Position numbers and translations under genes: made by a program. A stretch of DNA of 64,000 bases from Methanomassiliicoccales archaeon (GTDB lineage Archaea; Thermoplasmatota; Thermoplasmata; Methanomassiliicoccales; UBA472). The first letter of the stretch is position 1; each line of letters starts with the position of its first letter. Of the stretch, positions 36,705 to 45,162 are shown one piece after another. The notes below the pieces were generated by a model. It was given only the letters and a program-made list of their open reading frames with translations. It had not been told where the DNA came from and did no database searches. Location: NCBI GenBank assembly GCA_026394375.1, contig JAPKYJ010000013.1, positions 2,089-66,088 on the forward strand. Direction: 5' to 3'.

Positions 36705-38036
36705 ATGAAGCGCTGCAGGGTCATCATCATGGGGGCGGCCGGTCGGGATTTCCACAACTTCAACACCTTCTTCCGGAACAACGAGCGCTACGAGGTGGTG
36801 GCGTTCACCGCCGCTCAGATCCCTAACATCGATGAAAGGAGGTACCCTCCAGAGCTGGCGGGCAAGCTCTACCCCGATGGCATACCGATACACTCGGAGA
36901 GCGAGCTCACGGCGCTGATGAAGCAGTTCGGCGTGGAGCAAGTGGTGTTCGCCTACAGCGACATCTCTCATCTGGACGTCATGCACTATGCTTCGATCGT
37001 GCTCGCCAACGGAGCGGATTTCCGCCTCATGGGCAATTCGAGCATCGTCCTCAAGTCCAAGGTGCCGGTCATCGCCGTCTGTGCGGTGCGCACTGGCTCG
37101 GGGAAAAGCCAAACGACACGCAAGATCTGCCGGGTGCTGAAGTCGAAGGGGTTAAGGGTCGTGGCGGTACGGCATCCCATGCCCTACGGCGACCTGGTCA
37201 AGCAGACGGTGCAGCGCTTCGCCAACTACGAGGACATGGACCGGTACGAGTGCACCATCGAAGAAAGGGAGGAGTACGAACCTCTCATCGACAACGGCAT
37301 CGTGGTCTACGCAGGCGTCGATTACGAAAAGATACTGCGGGAGGCGGAGAAGGAGGCGGACGTGATCGTCTGGGACGGAGGCAACAACGACACCTCGTTC
37401 TACGCTGCCGACCTCTACATAGTGGTGGCGGACCCTCACAGACCAGGGCACGAGATGATGTACCATCCCGGGGAGACCAACGTCCGAAGGGCGGACGTGG
37501 TCATCGTCAACAAGGTGCAGACCGCCGACCGGCATGATATCCTCACGGTGAAGGACAACATCGCCAAGCTGAACCCGGGGGCGCTCATCATCGAGGCCGC
37601 ATCACCTATAGTTGTCGATGACCCGGCGCTGATCAAAGGGAAGAGAGTGCTGGTGGTGGAGGACGGTCCCACCGTGACTCATGGAGGGATGACCTACGGG
37701 GCCGGGACCATAGCCGCTGAGGATTACGGCGCAGCGGAGATCATCGATCCCAAGCCCCATGCGGTAGGCAGCATCGCGGAAATATATGCCAAGTACAAGC
37801 ACCTGGGCGCCATACTACCGGCTATGGGTTATGGCAAGGAGCAGGTTCGGGAGCTAGAGGAGACCATCAACCGCTCCGGCTGCGATGTCGTGGTCTCCGG
37901 CACACCGGTGGACCTGCGCCGGGTGGTCAAGGTCAACATGCCGATCGTGCGCGTGCGCTACGAACTGGACGAGATCGGGCATCCCACTTTAGACGAGTTG
38001 ATTGAAGCGAGATTGGGCAAGAAGCTGAAGAAGTGA
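36705..38036 (+). CDS. COG2403-type P-loop protein (often annotated 'GTPase' or cyclic-2,3-DPG-synthetase-like)
   Basis: Contains RVIIMGAAGRDFHNFN and the P-loop AVRTGSGKSQTT. ATG 36705 sits about 35 nt after the TATA-like box CATATATG (36665-36672). The specific function is not established from sequence. Confidence 0.55.
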   Translation: MKRCRVIIMGAAGRDFHNFNTFFRNNERYEVVAFTAAQIPNIDERRYPPELAGKLYPDGIPIHSESELTALMKQFGVEQVVFAYSDISHLDVMHYASIVLANGADFRLMGNSSIVLKSKVPVIAVCAVRTGSGKSQTTRKICRVLKSKGLRVVAVRHPMPYGDLVKQTVQRFANYEDMDRYECTIEEREEYEPLIDNGIVVYAGVDYEKILREAEKEADVIVWDGGNNDTSFYAADLYIVVADPHRPGHEMMYHPGETNVRRADVVIVNKVQTADRHDILTVKDNIAKLNPGALIIEAASPIVVDDPALIKGKRVLVVEDGPTVTHGGMTYGAGTIAAEDYGAAEIIDPKPHAVGSIAEIYAKYKHLGAILPAMGYGKEQVRELEETINRSGCDVVVSGTPVDLRRVVKVNMPIVRVRYELDEIGHPTLDELIEARLGKKLKK

Positions 38037-38092
38037 GCTGGGCTGTCTCAACTGAAAAGGATGATATACGCCGCGGGCATCTTCTTGCCCAG

Positions 38093-38180
38093 GCGGGGGT
38101 AGCCAAGCCTGGCCAACGGCGCAGGACTTAAGATTCTGTCCCGAAGGGGTCCGAGGGTTCAAATCCCTCCCCCCGCACCA
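38093..38180 (+). tRNA. tRNA-Leu (anticodon UAA), class II with a 14-nt variable arm, genomically encoded CCA
   Basis: Manual fold gives acceptor GCGGGGG/CCCCCGC, a 3-bp D stem, anticodon stem CAGGA/TTCTG with loop CTTAAGA, variable arm TCCCGAAGGGGTCC, and T arm GAGGG-TTCAAAT-CCCTC. The discriminator is A and CCA is at 38178-38180. Confidence 0.9.
38170..38180 (+). repeat. direct repeat copy 1 (tRNA-Leu 3' end, CCCCCGCACCA)
   Basis: An identical 11-mer recurs at 38777-38787. Confidence 0.6.
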
Positions 38181-38204
38181 CTAAGCATAGCCAGGTTCCC
38201 AACA

Positions 38205-38210
38205 TTTTTT
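38205..38210 (+). terminator. oligo-T tract downstream of tRNA-Leu
   Basis: TTTTTT lies 25 nt after the tRNA. This is an archaeal-style oligo-T terminator. Confidence 0.4.
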
Positions 38211-38349
38211 GTCAATCAGAGGATTTTTGACATCTGGCATCGAGCCAGTCAGGATCTCTGATTAGAATCGTAAGATATGGCTGTCTTTCTGGGATATTAA
38301 AAGGATTAATAGAGTACTCGCTTAATTCACTTATGGATGGTGGCGTTAT

Positions 38350-38580
38350 ATGGAATCTGGGACGCAAAAAAGCATTATGCTTTGGAGGTTAATGAGTTCT
38401 GGCGATGCAAGAAACCACTGTATTGCGATGTTCATTGCTTGCTTTGCAGTTCTAGGCCTGGGCTTTGTAATCGCCCAATTTTTCAACCGTGAACTCGACT
38501 CGATTTTCTACTTCACGGGCGGAATCTTTCTAGGAGTCTCTGAGGTCCTGTATTGGGTATACAAGGGATTGAAATCATGA
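38350..38580 (+). CDS. hypothetical small membrane protein inside the AT-rich islet
   Basis: 76 aa with two hydrophobic segments (CIAMFIACFAVLGLGFVIAQFF, IFYFTGGIFLGVSEVLYWVY). I recognise no homology. Confidence 0.3.
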   Translation: MESGTQKSIMLWRLMSSGDARNHCIAMFIACFAVLGLGFVIAQFFNRELDSIFYFTGGIFLGVSEVLYWVYKGLKS

Positions 38581-38776
38581 TGCATGTCTATCCAGATTCC
38601 GGTCCCTATGCCTGGTACAAGAGCACTCTGCTCAACATCGTGAGCCTTCAGCTGGAGATGATCGACCGACAACTAGGGTCGTAGAAGAAAAAGAAGAAAA
38701 TGGAAGGGATTCATGTCAATCCCCCTCAGTCTGACAATCGTTAATGGCAAACCGGCTACCCATGGTGCGAGGGCTT

Positions 38777-38787
38777 CCCCCGCACCA
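38777..38787 (+). repeat. direct repeat copy 2 (CCCCCGCACCA)
   Basis: Exact copy of the tRNA 3' end. It forms the 3' arm of an 8-bp hairpin, ATGGTGCG-N12-CGCACCAT (38762-38788). Confidence 0.6.
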
Positions 38788-38922
38788 TTTTCCTAGTTGT
38801 AGTATATTGGATAGAAGAATGGGCAGAGGAAAATGGCACCGGCAGGAAGGAGCGGAAGACCCCTCTTCCCTGCGAGTAAGGACGCCAGGATCGAGGGAGT
38901 ATTGGCCTTGCGCTCCGCGTCC

Positions 38923-39345
38923 TCATTCTGTCGTCTTGCCGTCAAAATGCTCTTCCTTGGCGGTCGCATCGGCCTTGGTGCGCCTCACAGTTCCGTCCTG
39001 ATGCTCAGGCGGCGAATAGATCGTGTAGAGCCTAAGGTCGTTCTTCTTCGAGGTATTGATGATATTATGCCTTGCTCCCGCTGGCACAACGACCGCGTAT
39101 CCGTCCTTGACGACGTTCTCGACCCCGTCTATGACGACCATTCCCTTGCCCTCCTCGAACCGGAAGAACTGGTCGACGTCATCGTGGGTCTCCTCACCGA
39201 TGTCCTCGCCCGGACTCAGGCTCATGAGAACAAGCTGGCTGTATTTGCCAGTGTATAGTACGTGGCGGAAATCCTTATTCTTCTTTGTATCTTTCTCGAT
39301 CTTGCCGACAAATCCTTTCTTGGTCTTGGCCGTCGTGTTCAACAC
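38923..39345 (-). CDS. cupin-domain protein
   Basis: GEDIGEETHDDVDQFFRFEEG and VVVPAGARHNI are the two cupin motifs. Confidence 0.75.
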   Translation of the reverse strand: MLNTTAKTKKGFVGKIEKDTKKNKDFRHVLYTGKYSQLVLMSLSPGEDIGEETHDDVDQFFRFEEGKGMVVIDGVENVVKDGYAVVVPAGARHNIINTSKKNDLRLYTIYSPPEHQDGTVRRTKADATAKEEHFDGKTTE

Positions 39346-39658
39346 CTCCGTTCGAATGCTAGCGCATCATGATAGGCCGAAATGCCTTATATATTCGCAG
39401 TCAGGTGCCCTCATCGGCGTTTCTGGGTTTCATTTGGTTTGGCGCATTGGCTGTTGCACTACCATTCGTCCGCGGTTCAGAAAGGAACGATCTTAGCGCT
39501 AGCATGTGGATGAGAATGTTGTGTGTCTACCAGTAGATTCCAAATGAGCGTCCCTCCCCGGCACCTGTGACCTTCAATCTGCATGACTGATATGGCGAGG
39601 TTTGCAGACGGCGAACGCAGATAAACGCAACTGAGAAATCAAAATACTTGGCATCTCA

Positions 39659-40639
39659 ATGGGGGCGGTCGTGGGCGGTCTAACCTACGAGCGGTTATTG
39701 AATAGGACACTGGAATTGTACAGACTGGGGGATTACTCAGGAGCATACGACTTCATTACGCGCAATTCCGAGAAGGTGAACGGCAACGTCGCCCAGGTCT
39801 ACAATTTCCGATACTCTCTGGCAAGTCAAGCCAAGCGATATGATCTGGCACTGGGGCTGATGAGAGAGGCCATCATCGATAGAGGCTTCTGGTATTCCTA
39901 CGACTACCTGATCGAAGACGACGATCTGAGGCCTCTGGGCGGAGATGAGAGGTTCCGTCAGCTGGTCAGCATATGCAAGGAAAGGGAGGACGAAGCCAAA
40001 CGGAACACCAGGCCGGATCTGAAGCTCGTCAACCCAATCGAGGGGCATGGGGACAAGAGACCCCGTCTGTTCATCGCCCTGCATGGGAATCAGCAGAACA
40101 TGCGGCTGGCGGAAGAGAACTGGAGCTCATCTGTCCTGGCCGATTGCATCTTGGCGCTTCCCCAATCATCCCAGATCGATTTTTCAGACGCCTTCGTGTG
40201 GAACGATCTGGAGAAGGGTGCCAGGGAACTGAAAGAGCACGTTGAGAGGATCCTGAGCACATATGACGTAGATCCAGAGAGCACGATCATCGGCGGATTC
40301 TCGGCCGGGGCAAGGCTGGCGTTGTACTCGATCCTCCACGACGTCGTCGACGTCAAAGGCTTCCTCTTCGTCGGGCCATGGTTGCCAGAGATCGACGTCT
40401 GGGAACCTTTGCTGGTCAAACTGAGAAACAAGGGCATCAGAGGTCATGTGATCTGCGGAGACAAGGACGCCGACTGTTTTGAGAGTTCGAACAGGTTCGC
40501 CAAGATGCTTGACCGCGCCGGAGTCGTGAGTCGCTACGACATCGCGAAGGGGATGGACCACGATTTCCCTGATGATTTCAAACAGAACTTGCCACGATTC
40601 ATCAATGATCTCAAGGAATCGCAGGGTCTCGTTGGGTGA
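39659..40639 (+). CDS. alpha/beta hydrolase (carboxylesterase/phospholipase-like) with a helical N-terminal domain
   Basis: Contains LFIALHGNQQN, the nucleophile elbow GGFSAGA, ICGDKDAD and GMDHDF. Confidence 0.6.
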   Translation: MGAVVGGLTYERLLNRTLELYRLGDYSGAYDFITRNSEKVNGNVAQVYNFRYSLASQAKRYDLALGLMREAIIDRGFWYSYDYLIEDDDLRPLGGDERFRQLVSICKEREDEAKRNTRPDLKLVNPIEGHGDKRPRLFIALHGNQQNMRLAEENWSSSVLADCILALPQSSQIDFSDAFVWNDLEKGARELKEHVERILSTYDVDPESTIIGGFSAGARLALYSILHDVVDVKGFLFVGPWLPEIDVWEPLLVKLRNKGIRGHVICGDKDADCFESSNRFAKMLDRAGVVSRYDIAKGMDHDFPDDFKQNLPRFINDLKESQGLVG

Positions 40640-40850
40640 TAATCGTTTTCAAATGGCTATGCACTCTCCACTCGGCCTATCGGGAGCATCGGGGAGAGTG
40701 GGCCCTGATCGTTAGTATCCCCGGTGTGGTTCTACCAGCAGTCGGGACAATCGTACACGCCACGGTCCTGGGTAGACGGCATCAAGTCGCGGGAGGGCAG
40801 GGACGATTCCAGAAGATGTTTCACATCACCTCCTTCCTGATCTCATATTG

Positions 40851-41324
40851 TCACTGAACATGACAGCTTCCTCCGCCGTGTTTCTCGAAGTACTTCTGGT
40901 GGTATTCCTCGGCGATCCAGAACCATTTCGCCGGCTCGACCAGCGTGACGATGGGCTTGTGGAACTTGCCAGACCGAGACATTCTCTCTTTGGAAGCACG
41001 TGCCAGCTCTTCTTGCCCCTCATCGTGGTAGAAGATGACCGAACGGTATTGCGAGCCTCGGTCCGGTCCCTGCCGGTCCAAGGTGGTCGGGTCATGGATG
41101 CTCCAGAAAATGTCAAGCAGTCTCTCGTATGTCACCTTGTCAGGGTCGAAGACCACCTCCGTCACCTCGGCATGCCCGGTCTTGTGGGAGCAGACGTCTT
41201 TGTAGGTGGGGCTGTCATAGTCACCTCCCATATAGCCGACGGCTGTGGACAATACACCAGGAACCTTTTGGAAAGCAGCCTCCACTCCCCAGAAGCATCC
41301 TGCGCCGAAAGTGGCCTTCTGCAA
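40851..41324 (-). CDS. msrA: peptide methionine-S-sulfoxide reductase
   Basis: [12 protein letters not shown]...GYMGG...[14 protein letters not shown]...[16 protein letters not shown]. Confidence 0.95.
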   Translation of the reverse strand: MQKATFGAGCFWGVEAAFQKVPGVLSTAVGYMGGDYDSPTYKDVCSHKTGHAEVTEVVFDPDKVTYERLLDIFWSIHDPTTLDRQGPDRGSQYRSVIFYHDEGQEELARASKERMSRSGKFHKPIVTLVEPAKWFWIAEEYHQKYFEKHGGGSCHVQ

Positions 41325-41666
41325 TTTCTCTTTATCGAACGATGTTATTGGAACACCGCGTTTGCATCATTGCTCCAGGTACTTAGAGGATTCCAAAACG
41401 GCAAGGTTCTGGGCGATAGGATGGTCGCCCGAGGTTCTATTAGCCAGCACGCGAGCGGCTTGGTTCAAGGGGAGAAGAGCGTGGAGATAACCTGGGTCTC
41501 GGAAGGTACCTCCTGGTTTTGGATAAGGGCGGGAGGCAAGGTCGTGCACATCGATCCCGCATACCGCCGAGGGGATCAAGCGCGCGGCCCTGAGCTCGCG
41601 GAAAAGGCGGTCCGTTCGGTTCCGAGATAGGTTGATGAACGTGCATTCTCTGCCCTTCTGCATATC

Positions 41667-42059
41667 ATGAAATGCTCCCGTTGCGTCCGCTGCTGCCTGG
41701 AAACAAGGATGGAACTCTCAATGGAGGACATCCAACGGCTGGAGGCTCGAGGCTTCTCCAGAAAGGAATTCGCCGAGGAAGGTGAGGATGGGATCATCCG
41801 TTTGCGGAACGTCAATGGAGCCTGCTTCTTTCTCGTGAAGGTGGAGAAACGGTGCCGAACATACTCGTTCCGGCCCCGGGGCTGTGCCATCTACCCGGTC
41901 AACATCACCGAGGACGGGGAGATCGTGGTCGATGATGAATGTCCCCGCGCTTCCACCATCACTGACGCAGAGCTGAAGCGAAAGGGGGAGGAGCTGCGCC
42001 GACTGATATCCAGGATAGATGCGGAAGCGGATTCTAGGCGTTTCCCTAGTGAAGGTTGA
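41667..42059 (+). CDS. YkgJ-family Cys-cluster (CxxCxxCC) protein
   Basis: The N-terminus is MKCSRCVRCC, followed later by GACFFL and RPRGCAIYP. Confidence 0.7.
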   Translation: MKCSRCVRCCLETRMELSMEDIQRLEARGFSRKEFAEEGEDGIIRLRNVNGACFFLVKVEKRCRTYSFRPRGCAIYPVNITEDGEIVVDDECPRASTITDAELKRKGEELRRLISRIDAEADSRRFPSEG

Positions 42060-42096
42060 GACGCCGATGAGCCGGTCAGCGCTTCTCTGCTAGCTT

Positions 42097-43512
42097 CTAC
42101 TGTTTGCTTCTGTACGCGCTCATGCCCTCGGAGAACCGCTTGCGCACTTCCGGGTTCAGGAGGTTGGTGAATATGATGCGTCTCGCCGTCTGGTTGGACC
42201 GGATGATCTTCAGCAGGTCGCCCATTCCTTCCCGGCTCCACCATCCCTTGAGCCATTGAGCGTAGCCCTCGTTCGCCAGAGCTTCCAGCTCCTCTTTGCT
42301 CAGACCGTCTCCGAAGTATTCATAGATGCGGTGGTTGGTCTGCCAGTCGTCCTCCTTGATCATTCCCTGCTGCACCAAGTCAGTCCAAATGGCTGTTCCG
42401 ATGAGGCAGTCGAGGATGTTCACCTGCACCGCATGTGGCCTGGTCTCGCGGATGAAACGAATGGTCTTCTGGATGTCCTCCTTCGTCTCTATGGGCGCGC
42501 CTATGATATAGCCAGTGATGACCAGCATTCCTGCCTTCTTGGCATTGTCGATGGCCTGACGCGTCTTCTCCACCGTGATATGCTTCTTATAGAATTCCAG
42601 CGTCCTCTCGCAGGCGCTCTCCGCTCCGAAGTAGATGACATTGAAGCCCGCCTTCTTCATCGTGCGCAGCAGCTCCGGCTTGGCCGAATCCACCCTGCCC
42701 TCGCAGTAGAACTGCATATGAATGCCCTTCTCGCGGATTAGCTGGCAGATGCGCTCCGCCCGTTTGGGATTGTGCGTGAAGTTGTCGTCCACGATGACGC
42801 AGTTCTTGAATCCCTGGTCGTGCAGCATCTCCATCTCCTGGACCACGTTCTCCGCGCTGCGGGGTCTCCATTTCCTCAAGGAGAAGGCAGCGCAGGAGCA
42901 GTAGGTGCACATGAACGGGCAACCTCTCGACGTGGAGATGGTGGTGAACTTGCCGAAGGTCAGAGGGATGCCCTCGTGAGAGTATCCGTACCGCACATTG
43001 GACAACAGAGAACGGTCCGGGAACGGCAGCGCGTCCAGGTCTTCCACCAATGAGATGGGGTTTCTGTGGACCCGCCCCTCTTTCCGGTAGCTTATTCCCT
43101 CCACGTCGTCCAGCGATTCCTCTCTCTCAAAATGACCTAACAGCTTGACGATGGCATGCTCCGCTTCTCCCTTGACGATGCAATGGACGAAGGGATAGTC
43201 GCGCAGTATCATGTCCGAGGCGAAGGTGGCGTGGTAGCCGCCGAGCACGATCTTGCTTCGCGGTAGTGCCTGGCTCACCTGCTTGAGCGTACCGATGGCC
43301 TCCAGGAAGGTGTGGGTGGAGCAATTCATGCCCACGACATCCGGGGCCTCCTGGACCATCCGTCCGACAAGCTCCTCCCTGGACAATCCCTCGCAGAAAG
43401 CGTCCATCACGGCCACTTCGTCTTTCCGGGCGGCCTTCAAGCTGGAGGCGATGTACAAGAGACCTAGCGGAGGCCACTTCTCCGTCGTCTTTCCCGGGGG
43501 TGTGGACAGCAA
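42097..43512 (-). CDS. B12-binding-domain radical SAM protein
   Basis: The N-terminal Rossmann-like B12 domain is PPLGLLYIASSL...VVGMNCSTHTF...IVLGGYHATF. The radical SAM motif is SRGCPFMCTYCS. Confidence 0.85.
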   Translation of the reverse strand: MLSTPPGKTTEKWPPLGLLYIASSLKAARKDEVAVMDAFCEGLSREELVGRMVQEAPDVVGMNCSTHTFLEAIGTLKQVSQALPRSKIVLGGYHATFASDMILRDYPFVHCIVKGEAEHAIVKLLGHFEREESLDDVEGISYRKEGRVHRNPISLVEDLDALPFPDRSLLSNVRYGYSHEGIPLTFGKFTTISTSRGCPFMCTYCSCAAFSLRKWRPRSAENVVQEMEMLHDQGFKNCVIVDDNFTHNPKRAERICQLIREKGIHMQFYCEGRVDSAKPELLRTMKKAGFNVIYFGAESACERTLEFYKKHITVEKTRQAIDNAKKAGMLVITGYIIGAPIETKEDIQKTIRFIRETRPHAVQVNILDCLIGTAIWTDLVQQGMIKEDDWQTNHRIYEYFGDGLSKEELEALANEGYAQWLKGWWSREGMGDLLKIIRSNQTARRIIFTNLLNPEVRKRFSEGMSAYRSKQ

Positions 43513-43673
43513 CAGCTTGATGGGCTTACTCTCCTAGCTGCGATTTTCCGACAATGCATACGGTTCGCTTTCTTGAATCTTTGCCACGTATCGCATATCT
43601 TAGTTCATCCGGCAACATCCTTTTAGCGGTGAAGCTGCCATCTTTCACATCTGTCGCTAGCTGGAGATAGAGC

Positions 43674-45040
43674 ATGTTCCTGGAGAGGATCGTTTCCGAG
43701 GGTTTGGCCCATTTCTCTTACCTGGCGGGATCGGGGGCGAAGGCATTCGTCGTCGATCCGCGGCGTGATTGCCAGGTGTATGTGGACCTGGCGAATAGAG
43801 AAGGGATGCGGATCACGCACATCTTCGAGACCCCCGCAACGAGGACTACGCCGTAGGTTCCCTGGATCTGGTGCAGCTCACAGGGGCCAAGGTGCTTCAC
43901 GGCCCTGGCCTGGATTGGGAATACGGCGAGGTGCTGTCCGACGGCCAGAGACAGGGCTTCGGGGATCTGGAGCTGGAAGCAGTTCATACCCCTGGCCATA
44001 CCTACGAGAGCATGTCTTACGTGCTTCGAGACATTGGCGCGGGAAGCGAACCGGTCTTCGCTTTCACCGGGGACACCTTGTTCGTGGGCGATGTGGGAAG
44101 GACGGACCTGCTCGGTCCGGAGCACAGGCGCAAGCTCTCGGAGATGCTCTATGACAGCTTGCACAAGCGCCTTCTCATTCTGGGGGATGGTTGCATCATC
44201 GCCCCCGCCCACGGAGCGGGCTCGGTCTGCGGTGGTGACATTGCTGATAGGGCAACGAGCACCATCGGCCTGGAGCGAACTCAGAATCCGCTTGTCCGGC
44301 TGTCGAAGGAGGCTTTCGTGGAACGGAAGATGAAAGAGATACTAGAACGGCCTCCCTATTTCAGCCAAATGGAGATCATGAACCAGCGCAGGCATCTTCC
44401 GCTATCCGGACTGCCGGTACCCCAGCCCCTGGTGCCCGGGGAATTCGCAGAGGCCATTAGCAGCGGGGCGGTGGTGGTGGACACGCGCCTGCCGCACAGC
44501 TATGCGGGCGCGCACATCAAAGGGTCATCGAGCATCTGGATCGACGGCCTGCCGGCCTACGCTTGCTGGCTGCTGCCCTATGATCGATCGCTTCTACTGG
44601 TGGTCGAGGACCAGCAACAGGTGGAGAGAGCGGTGCGAATGCTGGTGCGCATCGGCTACGACAACATCCAGGGCTATCTCCAAGGGGGCATGGTGCAGTG
44701 GTATCGCGAAGGCCTCCCCTACGAATCCACCAAGACCATGGACGTCCACGAGCTGAAGGCTCTGATGTCCAGGGAGGATGTGTTCGTGCTCGACCCCCGT
44801 CCTCACCACGAATGGGCGGAACTGCATCTCGAAGATGCTAAGCATATCTTCGTAGGAGATCTGGAGAAGCATCTGGGGGAGATACCGAAGGACCGACCGG
44901 TCGCCTCGATGTGCAGTGTAGGATTCCAGGGAAGCATGGCGGCCGCGCTGCTACGAGAGAAAGGCTATGACAACGTTGCCGTAGTCATCGGAGGCGTGAA
45001 CGCCTGGAAGGCGGCGGGATATCCAGTGGTAGAACAATAG
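43674..45040 (+). pseudogene. MBL-fold hydrolase with tandem rhodanese domains, interrupted by a 1-nt frameshift
   Basis: Frame 0 (43674..43856) gives MFLERIVSEGLAHFSYLAGS...ITHIFET and then junk to a TAG stop. The frame-2 continuation from 43835 reads RNEDYAVGSLDL...HTPGHT...GDTLFVGDVGRTD...APAHGAG, followed by rhodanese domains with the loop MCSVGFQGS. The two frames join at ACCCCCG (43830-43836). Confidence 0.7.
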
Positions 45041-45110
45041 TCCTTCGACCGGGAGAAACCAGCGGCCGGGTAGGGCTCTTTGTTATTATCCGGTTTATAT
45101 CTGGACCGCA

Positions 45111-45126
45111 TTTGTTTAATAACAAA
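45111..45126. promoter_or_regulatory. palindromic operator candidate upstream of znuA (TTTGTT-TAAT-AACAAA)
   Basis: Perfect 6-bp arms. The palindrome is flanked by TATA-like boxes TTTATATC (45094-45101) and ATATAAAT (45129-45136). ATG 45163 is about 30 nt after the second box. Confidence 0.45.
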
Positions 45127-45162
45127 TCATATAAATGTTATTAACTGTTGGCCTCATCAGAG

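Noticed and set aside
38578-38685. 35-codon ORF overlapping the stop of the small membrane ORF (ATGA) in the AT-rich islet, considered as a possible toxin-antitoxin-like pair
   Set aside because: I recognise no motif. Both ORFs are very small and unsupported. I mention them only under the islet finding.
39551-39565. A third, imperfect copy of the tRNA-Leu 3' end (TCCCTCCCCGGCACC versus TCCCTCCCCCCGCACC)
   Set aside because: The match needs an indel plus a substitution and rests on a 9-mer that is expected about 0.5 times by chance in this window. I keep it only as a weak hint of serial integration.
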